64,000 nt of DNA from Rubripirellula sp. (GTDB lineage Bacteria; Planctomycetota; Planctomycetia; Pirellulales; Pirellulaceae): contig OZ244207.1 in assembly GCA_965216875.1 (NCBI GenBank), positions 736,001-800,000 of the forward strand, given 5' to 3'. Position numbers and translations under genes: made by a program. Under the pieces are notes generated by a model, which was given only the letters and a program-made list of their open reading frames with translations, was not told where the DNA came from and made no database searches. Positions 40,461 through 50,130 of this stretch are shown in pieces; positions within the stretch are counted from its first letter, which is position 1; every line of letters begins with the position of its first letter.

Positions 40461-42359
40461 ATGTTGCAACGATTGCCCCGTCTTATTTGTTGTTCTGCCT
40501 TTCTAGCATTGACCCTCGCAGCGCCGGCGGCCAATGAGGCACAGGCGGACAACATTTTGTTGTTGATTGCCGATGACTATGGAGTCGATTCGTGTGGCCT
40601 CTACTCAGGAGTTGGCGCAGCACCCACGCCGAACATCGACGCGCTCGCATCATCGGGTGTTCGCTTCACCAATTTCTGGGCCAACCCGATTTGCTCACCA
40701 ACACGTGCCGCGATCCTCACCGGACGACACGGGTTTCGAACGGGCGTTGGAAGTCCAACCGGCAACTCTGCCATTGGGCTCGACGAATACTCGATCGCCG
40801 CTGCACTGGGTGAAGCCGGATATCACACGGCGTGTATCGGCAAGTGGCATCTTCAAGGACCCAACAATGGTCGCGGAATGAATCCCAACTTGATGGGATT
40901 CGACGACTACATGGGCAGCCTTGGTGGCGGTGTGCCCGATTACTTTGCCTGGACAAAGAACGTAAACGGCACCTCTTCGCCCGAATCGGATTACGTCACC
41001 AGCGTCACCGTCGACGATGCGATCAATTGGATCGGTGCCAAAGGAACCGAGCCTTGGTTTTGTTGGGTGGCCTTCAACGCGCCCCACACACCCTTTCATT
41101 TGCCGCCCACCGATCTTCACAGTTACGACACACTATCCGGTGATGCGGCTGACATCAGTGCGAATCCGCTGCCCTACTACCAAGCGATGGTCGAATCACT
41201 CGACACCGAAATCGGACGGTTGCTTGGGTCGATCGATTCGAATGTTCTCGCCGAGACAACAGTTATCTTCATTGGTGACAATGGCACGCCAGCGCAGGTT
41301 GCCACCGACTTTGAACGCGGCAACAAAGGGCAGCTGTTTCAAGGTGGCGTCCATGTTCCTTGCATCATGTCGGGTGTCGGTGTGATGCCACCCCTTAATC
41401 GTACGCACGATGCTCTTGCGCACGTGGTCGATCTCTTCGACACGATTGCCGAGCTAGCGGGAATTGATACCACCAATGAGTTGCCAGGCGGCGTCCATAT
41501 CGATTCCAAATCGATGGCGGGTTATTTGCTCGATGCAAACCTCCCGAGTGCCCACCACATCGCATTTGCCGAACGTTTTACCGTCGATGGAGCAAACCAA
41601 GATGGCAAGGCGGTCCGAAACGAGCGCTACAAATTGCTAAGGCTCGATAACGGCAATGAACGGTTTTATGACTTGCAAAGCGATCCGTTGGAGTCCACCA
41701 ATTTGCCGATCGGCAATCAGGGTGGCGACCGCGCCTTGAACTATGCAGAACTTTCGGCGTTTCTTGACAACCTCTTGGCGTCTCCGGCTGCACCCACGGT
41801 CGAGCACGTTGCAATCAATCAGGACGACGCTCAGCGATCGGTATTGACCGAGCTGACGCTTCATTTCGATAGTTCGGTCGGCATTGACGATTCCGCCGGT
41901 TCGCCATTCTCTATAGTGAATCGAGCGACCGCCGAAGTGGTCAATCATGAGATGGTCGAGACACGGGATGATGGAAAAACCGAAGTCACTCTTTCGTTTA
42001 CGGCTGGTCCCTCGGTAATCGAACGCGGCGCAATGCCCGCGACGCTGGCCGATGGGGAATACGAAATCTCAATCGACGGAACGTTGATCAACCGCGACAC
42101 GAAAACACTTGACGGGGATGGAGATGGTGCCGAAGGGGGCACGTTCGTCTTCGGGAATCTCTCGACGGACAATTTCTTTCGCCGATACGGTGACGGTAAC
42201 GGCAGCGGTATCGTCGACCTGTTTGACTTTGCGATGTTCCGGAGCACGTTTGGACGCGTTGCCAGCGATCCAAATTTCTTGCACTACTTTGACGCTGATG
42301 GATCAGGACGCATTGACCTGTTTGACTTCGCCGCGTTCCGCGCAAATTTCGGCAACTAG
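40461..42359 (+). CDS. Secreted sulfatase with C-terminal Ig-like plus dockerin/EF-hand-like module
   Basis: Signal peptide, NILLLIADD, CSPTRAAILTG (formylglycine motif), GKWHL, GDNG; C-terminal YGDGNGSGIVDLFDF / FDADGSGRIDLFDF. Confidence 0.92.
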   Translation: MLQRLPRLICCSAFLALTLAAPAANEAQADNILLLIADDYGVDSCGLYSGVGAAPTPNIDALASSGVRFTNFWANPICSPTRAAILTGRHGFRTGVGSPTGNSAIGLDEYSIAAALGEAGYHTACIGKWHLQGPNNGRGMNPNLMGFDDYMGSLGGGVPDYFAWTKNVNGTSSPESDYVTSVTVDDAINWIGAKGTEPWFCWVAFNAPHTPFHLPPTDLHSYDTLSGDAADISANPLPYYQAMVESLDTEIGRLLGSIDSNVLAETTVIFIGDNGTPAQVATDFERGNKGQLFQGGVHVPCIMSGVGVMPPLNRTHDALAHVVDLFDTIAELAGIDTTNELPGGVHIDSKSMAGYLLDANLPSAHHIAFAERFTVDGANQDGKAVRNERYKLLRLDNGNERFYDLQSDPLESTNLPIGNQGGDRALNYAELSAFLDNLLASPAAPTVEHVAINQDDAQRSVLTELTLHFDSSVGIDDSAGSPFSIVNRATAEVVNHEMVETRDDGKTEVTLSFTAGPSVIERGAMPATLADGEYEISIDGTLINRDTKTLDGDGDGAEGGTFVFGNLSTDNFFRRYGDGNGSGIVDLFDFAMFRSTFGRVASDPNFLHYFDADGSGRIDLFDFAAFRANFGN

Positions 42360-42362
42360 TCC

Positions 42363-42566
42363 TGCGCTCCAACAATCACCCTCCCGCTTGCGGGAGGGTC
42401 GGACGCAAAGTCCGGGGAGGGAATAGCGGTTGCGGGGGGCGTTGTTTTGAGCCGCAGGGACTCGTGGCCTCGTCCACGACGAGGTGCACTCGAATTGGGG
42501 ACTCGTGGCCTCGTCCACTACCAGGTGCGTTTGAATTTCTGGGGGGCTCGTGGATTTGTCCGCCAC
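42363..42566. repeat. Intergenic repeat cluster: CCCTCCC-type element plus family A REPs
   Basis: 42363-42424 matches the reverse complement of 1658-1719; family A copies at 42457-42480 and 42498-42521, and a degenerate copy near 42543-42566. Confidence 0.85.
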
Positions 42567-42571
42567 GCGGG

Positions 42572-44395
42572 CTAGAGCGACTTGAGGTATTCGATCAGGT
42601 CGGCAACTTCAGCGTCTGTCAGCTTGCCATCTCCGTTGACTTTCTCGGGAGCATGCAAATCGGTGACGACACGATGTAACGTCTTGGCCCGACCGGTGTG
42701 AAGCAACCGGCGTTTGCGATAGACGCCGACCAAAGTTGGTGTGTTGTAGCCTTCGTAGTAGTCGTCGACCGAACCGAGGCCGACATCATGTATCTGGCCA
42801 TCGCTATAGAACTTGCCGTGGTGACAGTCGGCACATCCGGTCTTGGAGCTTTCAAAAAGTAGCTTGCCACGTTTGGCTGCCGCTGAAAGCTCGCCCGATT
42901 CTAGAAAAGGATTGGGCGGCACTTCGAGGGAATCGAGAAAGGCGATCAGTTCCTTCTTTTCGTTGGCCGTGGGAGCCTTGCCGATCATCGTCGATGTGAA
43001 CGACTTGTGCATCGCATCGTCGAGGTTTTGCTGCCAGCCGTGCCAGGTCCACGGTCCTGTCTTGCTGACGTTGTGAAGAGGCAACACCGTCTTGAGTGTC
43101 ATCTCCGTGCCGTCGTTCATCGTGTCCATCGGCCGTGAGTTGATGCCGCCATTTTGGTGACAGGAATGGCAGCTGTACCATTGATCGAGGCTTCGAGTGC
43201 CATCGTAAAACAATGCCATGCCTTTGCGGTCAGGCGTTTGGGCACCAGCGCCTAGAGAGATCTCATTGACAACCGATCCACTTTCGATGTCAACCTGCTG
43301 CACGGAATTACGCAAGTAGTTTGCCACGAACACCGTTTGATTGTCCGCAGCATGCGCAAGCCCCATTGGGCGGCCACCCACGGGAACTCGGCGAAAACGA
43401 TTGCGATCGTTTTCGAGGCGGCGATCAATCAAATCGCCAGGACCGCCGGTGGAAACAAAGGGAAGATCCGGCAAGCGATACACCAACAGTTCGTGCGTTC
43501 CCGATGCCGAGGCGACGAGCGATTGGCCATCGGGACTGATCGACAGACCAAGCGGGTCGGCGACCGCTTTGCGAGGCACATCAAGAGAAATCGCTTCACG
43601 GTACGAAGGACCATCCAAGCGGACTCGCCCAATACGGCTCGCCAACACCCAACCGCGTCGGATGTTGCCGACGGTGATTGGATTGGTTCGATAGACCATC
43701 CATGTGAAATAGGCGTATTGCCCATCCGCGCTGGTCAACATGTGACCAAGATTGATTCCGTTGGCCAGCGGTTCGCTGTAGAGTTCTTCGCCCGATTCTG
43801 TATCAAGCACGACGATGTCGGCATCACCACTGCAGCCAACGGCGAGACGGCGACCATCCTTTGAAAGGGTAAGGTACTTGGGCCAATGGCCAACATCGAT
43901 GTAACGACGAACCGTTGCCGATCCCCAGTCAATTTCTGCGACCTGGCCGCTGGCGACTAAGCCAACAAAGGCCGTATGACCTTTGGACGCAACAGCGATT
44001 CCAGTTGGCTCGAACCCCACATCGACGTCCGCGACCTTGGCCAACTTTTTGTCGTCAATTCGCAACACGTGAAGCTTGCCGTCCCACGCCGTCGTTACCA
44101 ACACATGCTGCCCGTCGGGACAGCACACGATGTCGGCGGGGTGATCGCCGAGACGGATCTCATCGACCACTTTGCCTTGGGCAGTGCCAACCAAGCTGAC
44201 GCTGCCGGAGGTTTCATTTGCGGTGACGAGCCAGCGGCCGTCTTGCGAAAGTGCAAGATCGACCGGCGAACGGTGGATGTCTGCGGCGAGTGGACCAGAT
44301 CCTGCTCGGCTGCGTGGTACCGGCATCACTGCCATCGCGAGCAAAAGGAAGCAGACCAGACGTGGACTTCGAATCATGTTTTTCTCCATAGCCAA
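42572..44395 (-). CDS. YVTN-type beta-propeller fused to di-haem cytochrome c (bCcP/MauG-like) domain
   Basis: Signal peptide; repeats such as VTANETSGSVSLV, VGFEPTGIA, VGGRPMGLA, FVANYL; CHSCH and CADCH haem motifs; TGPWTWHG, YNTPTL. Confidence 0.88.
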   Translation of the reverse strand: MAMEKNMIRSPRLVCFLLLAMAVMPVPRSRAGSGPLAADIHRSPVDLALSQDGRWLVTANETSGSVSLVGTAQGKVVDEIRLGDHPADIVCCPDGQHVLVTTAWDGKLHVLRIDDKKLAKVADVDVGFEPTGIAVASKGHTAFVGLVASGQVAEIDWGSATVRRYIDVGHWPKYLTLSKDGRRLAVGCSGDADIVVLDTESGEELYSEPLANGINLGHMLTSADGQYAYFTWMVYRTNPITVGNIRRGWVLASRIGRVRLDGPSYREAISLDVPRKAVADPLGLSISPDGQSLVASASGTHELLVYRLPDLPFVSTGGPGDLIDRRLENDRNRFRRVPVGGRPMGLAHAADNQTVFVANYLRNSVQQVDIESGSVVNEISLGAGAQTPDRKGMALFYDGTRSLDQWYSCHSCHQNGGINSRPMDTMNDGTEMTLKTVLPLHNVSKTGPWTWHGWQQNLDDAMHKSFTSTMIGKAPTANEKKELIAFLDSLEVPPNPFLESGELSAAAKRGKLLFESSKTGCADCHHGKFYSDGQIHDVGLGSVDDYYEGYNTPTLVGVYRKRRLLHTGRAKTLHRVVTDLHAPEKVNGDGKLTDAEVADLIEYLKSL

Positions 44396-44765
44396 ATCAT
44401 CGTACTTGATTGGCGACAGAGCAGAAGGTTCCGCCTCGATTGAATCGTTTGGTATCAGGAAGAGTTGAACGAGCTCGCATAACGGCGCAAAACGTCCTCA
44501 TTTCGGGTGGGTGAAGAAAACGAAAAAAATCCGATTTTCGCTCCGCAGTTGCGGCGGGCTTGTTTGCGATCCGTCTATCATTCCCGTAGCATGACGCGGA
44601 GAATTTGCGGACCAATGTCGCCGACGGAACACTCAGCTGAGGCTCGCTCAGCTTTTTCAAATTCAACCGATCCATCAGCCCATTGACGCGGTTCTATCGA
44701 GATGCCTTCCTGAATTCATGCATGTGGCATGATTTGAACCCAAACTCTCCTGAAAAGGACCTCCC

Positions 44766-45344
44766 GTGAAGAATCTTTCTCTTTCTGTTTTGAGCTTGTC
44801 GCTGGCGTTCGCGCTGACTGCATCGGCTACGGTTTCGGCGGACGATGGCTTGAAAAGCGGTCCGCAAAGCGGCGACAAGATTGGCGCTTTCTACGTCACC
44901 AAGATTGCTGGTGCCGAAGAGGATGGCGTGAAAGAAGGTAAGAACCTTTGTTATCGCTGCAAGAATGGCCAACGCCCACAAGTGATGGTCTTCACTCGCT
45001 CGACCGACAAGAAGGTGCAAGAACTGCTCAGCAAGTTGGACAAAGCCATCGACGAAAACGAGTCGTCGCAGCTTCGCGTGTTCGTCAACGTTCTTGGCGA
45101 AGACAAAGACGATGTTGCTGATTCGTGCAAGAAACTCGCTTCGAGCAGCAAGGCGAAGAACATTCCTTTCGTTTTGCCCAACGAATTCGAAAACGGTCCT
45201 GACAACTACGGCATCAACGCAAAAGCTGACGTGACCATCACGATGGCAAGCGAGTCGAGCGTCAAGGTGAGCCACGCGTTCGCCAAAGCAGGCGACCTGA
45301 ACGTCGACGGCGTCATCGAAGATCTCACAAAGATCCTCAACTAG
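44766..45344 (+). CDS. Exported hypothetical protein, possible thioredoxin-like fold (CYRC)
   Basis: Signal peptide, SGPQSGDKIGAF, NLCYRC followed by VMVFTR strand; terminator follows. Confidence 0.75.
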   Translation: MKNLSLSVLSLSLAFALTASATVSADDGLKSGPQSGDKIGAFYVTKIAGAEEDGVKEGKNLCYRCKNGQRPQVMVFTRSTDKKVQELLSKLDKAIDENESSQLRVFVNVLGEDKDDVADSCKKLASSSKAKNIPFVLPNEFENGPDNYGINAKADVTITMASESSVKVSHAFAKAGDLNVDGVIEDLTKILN

Positions 45345-45370
45345 ACCCGAAGTCTTCTGAGATCCAATCG

Positions 45371-45404
45371 AAAACGCGGTGTCAGATTTGACACCGCGTT
45401 TTTT
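45371..45404. terminator. Bidirectional-type rho-independent terminator
   Basis: aaaacgcggtgtca-gatt-tgacaccgcgtttttt. Confidence 0.85.
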
Positions 45405-45420
45405 CGTTGAGTTGCGACTC

Positions 45421-45590
45421 GTGAGCCGCTGGCCGCCAGGCCTCGGGCCCTTGCCTTCGCCGTGAGCCGAACGCGCTAGCGTCGGGCCCTTGGGAATCCT
45501 GCTCAGCGCTCGACCGACGGTGCGTGCAAGCACACACCCTACTTGTTAGCGCTTCGGTGCGTGCAAGCACACACACCCTACTTGTTAGCG
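45421..45590. repeat. REP cluster: family D (variant 45421-45449; 45462-45488) and family E (GTAGGGTGTGTGCTTGCACGCACC) x2
   Basis: cggtgcgtgcaagcacac(ac)accctacttgttagcg occurs at 45518-45551 and 45555-45590. Confidence 0.85.
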
Positions 45591-47651
45591 TCCGATTGAA
45601 TCGGCGAGTTTGTTGGCGCCGTAGATCGAACGCAGCGCCTCGATGATGCCGACTCCCGAGACGCTGACCGCGCGACCTTGAATGTCGGAATAGACATAGT
45701 CGCTGGTCAAACTTTGGATGTTTCCATCAAAGATCAAGCCAACGAGTTTGCCCTCGCGATCGACCACGGGCGAACCGCTGTTGCCGCCAATGATGTCTGC
45801 GGTGCAAACAAAGTTCAGCTGAGTGTCGAGATTGACGCTCGACTTGGCGGCCATCCAGGATTCGGGAAGGTCAAAGTCCTTTTGCCCTTTGTGAGCCTCG
45901 GCGTGTGTGTAGGCGCCCGCAAAGTTGGTGGTCGGTTCGATTGTCTGCCCGTCTTCGACATAGCTCTTGACCGTTCCCAATGCCAATCGCAAAGTAAACG
46001 TCGCGTCGGGGTAACCTCCCGTGCCTTCGACTGCTGTGATCGCCTTGGTGATTTCGGCATAAGCTTGCCGTTCGCGTTCTTCGAGCTGTTCCGAAACGGC
46101 GCGGAGTCGACGGTACTCTTGTTCGACCATGATCGCGAGCTTGATCATTGGATCATCGCTGCCGAGCGTCGCGTCATGGCCACCATCGACAAGCGCCTTG
46201 CGGGTGTCGACGTCGGCAAGTTTCGTTCCGTTGACCAATTCGGCGGCCCGTTCACGTGGGCCTTTGCCAGCCAAGACGGCTTGGACCAATTCGTTCTCGG
46301 CCCCACGCAGTTCCGCAAAGCGTGACAGTTCGTCGGCGAGCTTCACTTGTTCCATGTCGGTGTAGATCGGCGCGGGACTCAACAATCCTTGCAGGAGTGA
46401 ATCGCGTCCGGCCGTTGTGTAGCCGCGAAGTCGCTCGGCATCCGGCTTCTGATCCTCTTGAGCGATCAGCAGGATTTGCATTGCGGTGTCAAAAAGCGTG
46501 CTTCGGAAACTGACGGTTTGTCCCAGCAGTTCACGTTTTTCATCCTGGATCTGCTCGATCTCTTTCCACGCGCCTGCCAAGTCGGCGAGTTCTGCGTTGT
46601 CTTTCAACTCGCTAAGGATGTGCTGTTCACGCTTGGCCTTGCCTTCAATCGCCTCGGGTGATTGCAAACCAGCCAGCATGCCTGAATAGGCTTTGCGTGC
46701 GTTTTGAATCCCGAACAATTCATCGCGAGCGCGCCGTGTCGCCTCAACGCCACCAAGGCTGAACTGTTGCATCAAGATCTCTTTACGACGCAAATAGTCG
46801 AGGACATAAGGGATACGATGATCGCGCAAGTACTTCAGCGCTGCGACGGTGTAGATGCGTTGTGTGCGCCCCGGGTTGCCCGAAACGAAAACGAGCTCGC
46901 CTTCGGTCAAGGGTTGGTCGTTCCAGCGAAGGAAGTTGTCGAGTCTGGCCGGTTTGCCATCCTCGTATACCCGCATGATGGTGGCGTCGAGGTTGTAGCG
47001 AGGGTATTCGAAATTGTCGGCGTCGCCCCCAAAGAATGCGGCTGCCGTTTCAGGTGCCCAAACCAATCGAACATCGGTGTATTTCTTGTAGCGATAAAGG
47101 TGATATTGGGCTCCGCCAAAGAGAGTGACGACATCGCTTCGTAGGCCGGTTTGATCGAGCGATTCCTTTTCGATTGTTGCGATCACCGCTCGACGTTGCT
47201 TGGCCGATTCTTCAGCCGACGCGTCGCCACTGACCGCCGCGTTGACTCGATCGGTCACGTTTTCGATCGAGACCAGTTGGTTGAGCTCCAAGTCGGGAGC
47301 CTTCAATTCATCTTCGAGCGATTTGGCCAGCCAGCCGTCATCAATCAGATTTCGCTCCGGTGTGCTCAACTTGTGCAGCGTGTCGCTGGCGACGTGATGG
47401 TTGGTCAACACCAGACCGTCACTCGAAATGAACGAGCCACTGCCGCCGCTGTTAAAGCGAACCGACGACAGACGAAGCTGGTCGGCCCATTCTTGCGTCG
47501 GCTCAAACTGGTGACGTTCTTTGAGCAGCTTGAGCGGCAGGTCGTTGAAGAGGTACATCCCCTCGTCGCCTTGGACGAAGGGGGACGAAAAAGTGGTGAG
47601 CGATGCAAGCATTGCAACGGTAGCCAGTAAACGGTTCATGAGGTGTAACAT
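45585..47651 (-). CDS. S46 family dipeptidyl peptidase (DPP7-like)
   Basis: DEGMY, GSGSFIS..GLVLTNHH, FGGDADNFEYPR, YPDATFTLR, DIIGGNSGSPV, GLIFDGN. Confidence 0.95.
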   Translation of the reverse strand: MLHLMNRLLATVAMLASLTTFSSPFVQGDEGMYLFNDLPLKLLKERHQFEPTQEWADQLRLSSVRFNSGGSGSFISSDGLVLTNHHVASDTLHKLSTPERNLIDDGWLAKSLEDELKAPDLELNQLVSIENVTDRVNAAVSGDASAEESAKQRRAVIATIEKESLDQTGLRSDVVTLFGGAQYHLYRYKKYTDVRLVWAPETAAAFFGGDADNFEYPRYNLDATIMRVYEDGKPARLDNFLRWNDQPLTEGELVFVSGNPGRTQRIYTVAALKYLRDHRIPYVLDYLRRKEILMQQFSLGGVEATRRARDELFGIQNARKAYSGMLAGLQSPEAIEGKAKREQHILSELKDNAELADLAGAWKEIEQIQDEKRELLGQTVSFRSTLFDTAMQILLIAQEDQKPDAERLRGYTTAGRDSLLQGLLSPAPIYTDMEQVKLADELSRFAELRGAENELVQAVLAGKGPRERAAELVNGTKLADVDTRKALVDGGHDATLGSDDPMIKLAIMVEQEYRRLRAVSEQLEERERQAYAEITKAITAVEGTGGYPDATFTLRLALGTVKSYVEDGQTIEPTTNFAGAYTHAEAHKGQKDFDLPESWMAAKSSVNLDTQLNFVCTADIIGGNSGSPVVDREGKLVGLIFDGNIQSLTSDYVYSDIQGRAVSVSGVGIIEALRSIYGANKLADSIGR

Positions 47652-47929
47652 TCAAAGTGGGTGTTGAACGCAAAACGAGAAGGCTCGTTTTTACCGCAAT
47701 CCCCGTTCGCCGTCAGCGACGCGGGAGAGATTGAGCAACCTCTGCAACGAAAAAAAGATTCTAGAGTCGCTGTCGGTTTGCTAGCAAACATCATCTTCAC
47801 GGATCTCAACCGATCTGGCGGTCGCGATTCGACCGCCAGTAAACTCCGAGCTGACCAGTCGACTTCGTGCTGGCCAGCAGATTCCACGCTGGCCGCACAG
47901 CAGACTTTGAGAGCGAAGGATCGCCGAAC

Positions 47930-48964
47930 ATGAACCAGGAAGATGGGCCTCGCATTTTGATTTCGCGCATGAGTGCGATTGGCGACGCGATCCTAACGTT
48001 GCCAGTGGCATGCGCTCTGCGAGAAGCGTTTCCCAATGCCTACATCGGTTGGGTTGTCGAGCAGAAGGCGGCGCCGATGGTGCGCGGCCACAAGGCGGTC
48101 GATTCGGTGATCGAACTTGAACGCGGTTGGTTCACTTCGCCGTCGGGAATCCGTCATGCACGTGGCCTGCTGCGAGAGCATCGATTCGAAATCTCGGTTG
48201 ACTGTCAAGGAAACACAAAATCGTCGCTGGCCGGTTGGTTGTCGGGGGCGACAAAGCGCATTGGCTACGCTGGTCGTCATGGTGGCGAATTGAGTCGTGT
48301 GCTCAACAACACCGCCGTCGCACCTGTTTTCACTCATTTGACCGATCGCTCGCTCGAGCTGTTGATTCCGCTTGGAATCGAGACACCAAAGGTTAAGTGG
48401 CACTTGCCTCTAAGTGATGTATCGCGTAGTTGGGCGGCGCGGTGGCGACGCACACTTCCCTCGCCACAGCTTGCGATCTTGAATCCAGGTGGAACGTGGG
48501 ATTCGAAGCTTTGGGAAGCCGATCGGTTTGCCGTGACGGCACGTTACCTGAACGACAACTACGGCTACCAAAGTGCCGTTGTTTGGGGGACGCCCAAGGA
48601 ACGGGAGATGGCCGAGCAGATCGTGAGTCGGTCCAACGGGACGGCAGTGCTCGCACCTGACACAGATCTACACCACTTGGCGGCGATGATCGAAACGGCC
48701 GACTTGTTTGTCAGTGGTGACACTGGTCCGTTACACATGGCGGTTGCTGTGGGAACGGCGACCATTGGTCTTTATGGAGCAACGCGGCCAGGCGATAGCG
48801 GACCCTACGGACAAATCGCGTTGCAAAAAGCGTATGAACAGGGCAGTCGACGCCATCGTCGCAGCGCCGACAACTCGGCGATGCGCGCGATTGAAGTCGA
48901 GCATGTTTGCGAGGCGATCGATCAAGTCGAATCGCGCCGCCGGCTGATGCGTGCAGCGGCTTAG
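47930..48964 (+). CDS. Glycosyltransferase family 9 (heptosyltransferase-like)
   Basis: RILISRMSAIGDAILTLP, DCQGNTKS, NPGGTWDSKLW, SGDTGPLHMAVAVG. Confidence 0.93.
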   Translation: MNQEDGPRILISRMSAIGDAILTLPVACALREAFPNAYIGWVVEQKAAPMVRGHKAVDSVIELERGWFTSPSGIRHARGLLREHRFEISVDCQGNTKSSLAGWLSGATKRIGYAGRHGGELSRVLNNTAVAPVFTHLTDRSLELLIPLGIETPKVKWHLPLSDVSRSWAARWRRTLPSPQLAILNPGGTWDSKLWEADRFAVTARYLNDNYGYQSAVVWGTPKEREMAEQIVSRSNGTAVLAPDTDLHHLAAMIETADLFVSGDTGPLHMAVAVGTATIGLYGATRPGDSGPYGQIALQKAYEQGSRRHRRSADNSAMRAIEVEHVCEAIDQVESRRRLMRAAA

Positions 48965-49518
48965 CGCGAATGTGGTCGGTGACTTAGGAAGCCTGCGTGG
49001 CCTCGTTTTGCGTCACCTGCGGGCGTCATTCAAGGATCGCTCGCTTCCGTTGCTCGCCGATCGGCTTTCATTATTTGTCAGCCAACGTTAACTATGGTTG
49101 TGTGTTGAGAGCAATTCACCGAAGTTCGATTGTGGACTCACGCAGTTTTGCGAGTTAGTGCGTAACCACCCCTGGTCAATTTGGCGACAGATTATCAAAG
49201 TGCCTGCGTCTGACCTTTACCCCCCAAATGCACGGGGATCGTTGTCGTTTCCCCGTAAGTTCTTTTGCAACAGACGTTGTTGCGAAACGTTTGCAACAGC
49301 GAAGCAGATTCTTTTTTGCTCTGCGGTTGCGGGAAACCACACGCTGGTTGGTTTGATCGGTTAGAATCTTGGCCCTAACGAGCGAATCACTTGGATTCAC
49401 AGGGCGCAGCTCATTAGCCAGAGCACTCCGAGGCGGAAAACGAGTGCGAAGGTTGATGCGTGACCTACCGATTCGGTCGTGAGTTACAACGTCTGCTTGA
49501 ATTTGAGTGTGGGCAGTC

Positions 49519-50130
49519 ATGTTCGAAAACGCCACTGTTTTTGTTGTCGATGATGATGACCAGGCGCGCGATTCCGTCTGTGCGTTGATTCGATCCATGA
49601 ATCTCAAGGCTGAATCTTTCGCTTCTGGCGAAGATTTCCTTGCGGCATATACGGATAACCGTCCTGGGTGTCTGGTGACCGACCTCCGGATGCTTGGAAT
49701 GAGCGGTCTGGAGTTACAAGAAGAACTCATACGGCGAGGGGTGACCCTGCCGGTGATCGTGATTACGGCGCACCCGAGGACGTCTTTGACCGTTCGGGCG
49801 ATGCGCCATGGCGCAGTCACGTTGCTGGAAAAGCCGTACGAGGACAATGACCTTTGGGATGCGATTCGCGAGGCGATTGTCCGCGATGAGACGCAACGAG
49901 CCGAGAGCGTCAAACGCCAAGACGTCCTTCAGAAAATTGAATCGCTCAACGACAAAGAAAAGGTCGTGATGGATCTGATCGTCGAGGGCTTGGCCAACAA
50001 GGTGATTGCCAAACGCCTGGATGTCTCCATTCGCACCGTCGAAAGTCGCCGTCACGACGTCTTTGAGAAGATGGAAGCCGACTCGCTTGCCGACTTGGTC
50101 AAGATGGCCGTCCTAGCGCGCGGCGATTAG
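49519..50130 (+). CDS. FixJ/LuxR-family response regulator
   Basis: VFVVDDD, CLVTDLRM, ITAH, LEKP, NKVIAKRLDVSIRTVESRR. Confidence 0.95.
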   Translation: MFENATVFVVDDDDQARDSVCALIRSMNLKAESFASGEDFLAAYTDNRPGCLVTDLRMLGMSGLELQEELIRRGVTLPVIVITAHPRTSLTVRAMRHGAVTLLEKPYEDNDLWDAIREAIVRDETQRAESVKRQDVLQKIESLNDKEKVVMDLIVEGLANKVIAKRLDVSIRTVESRRHDVFEKMEADSLADLVKMAVLARGD

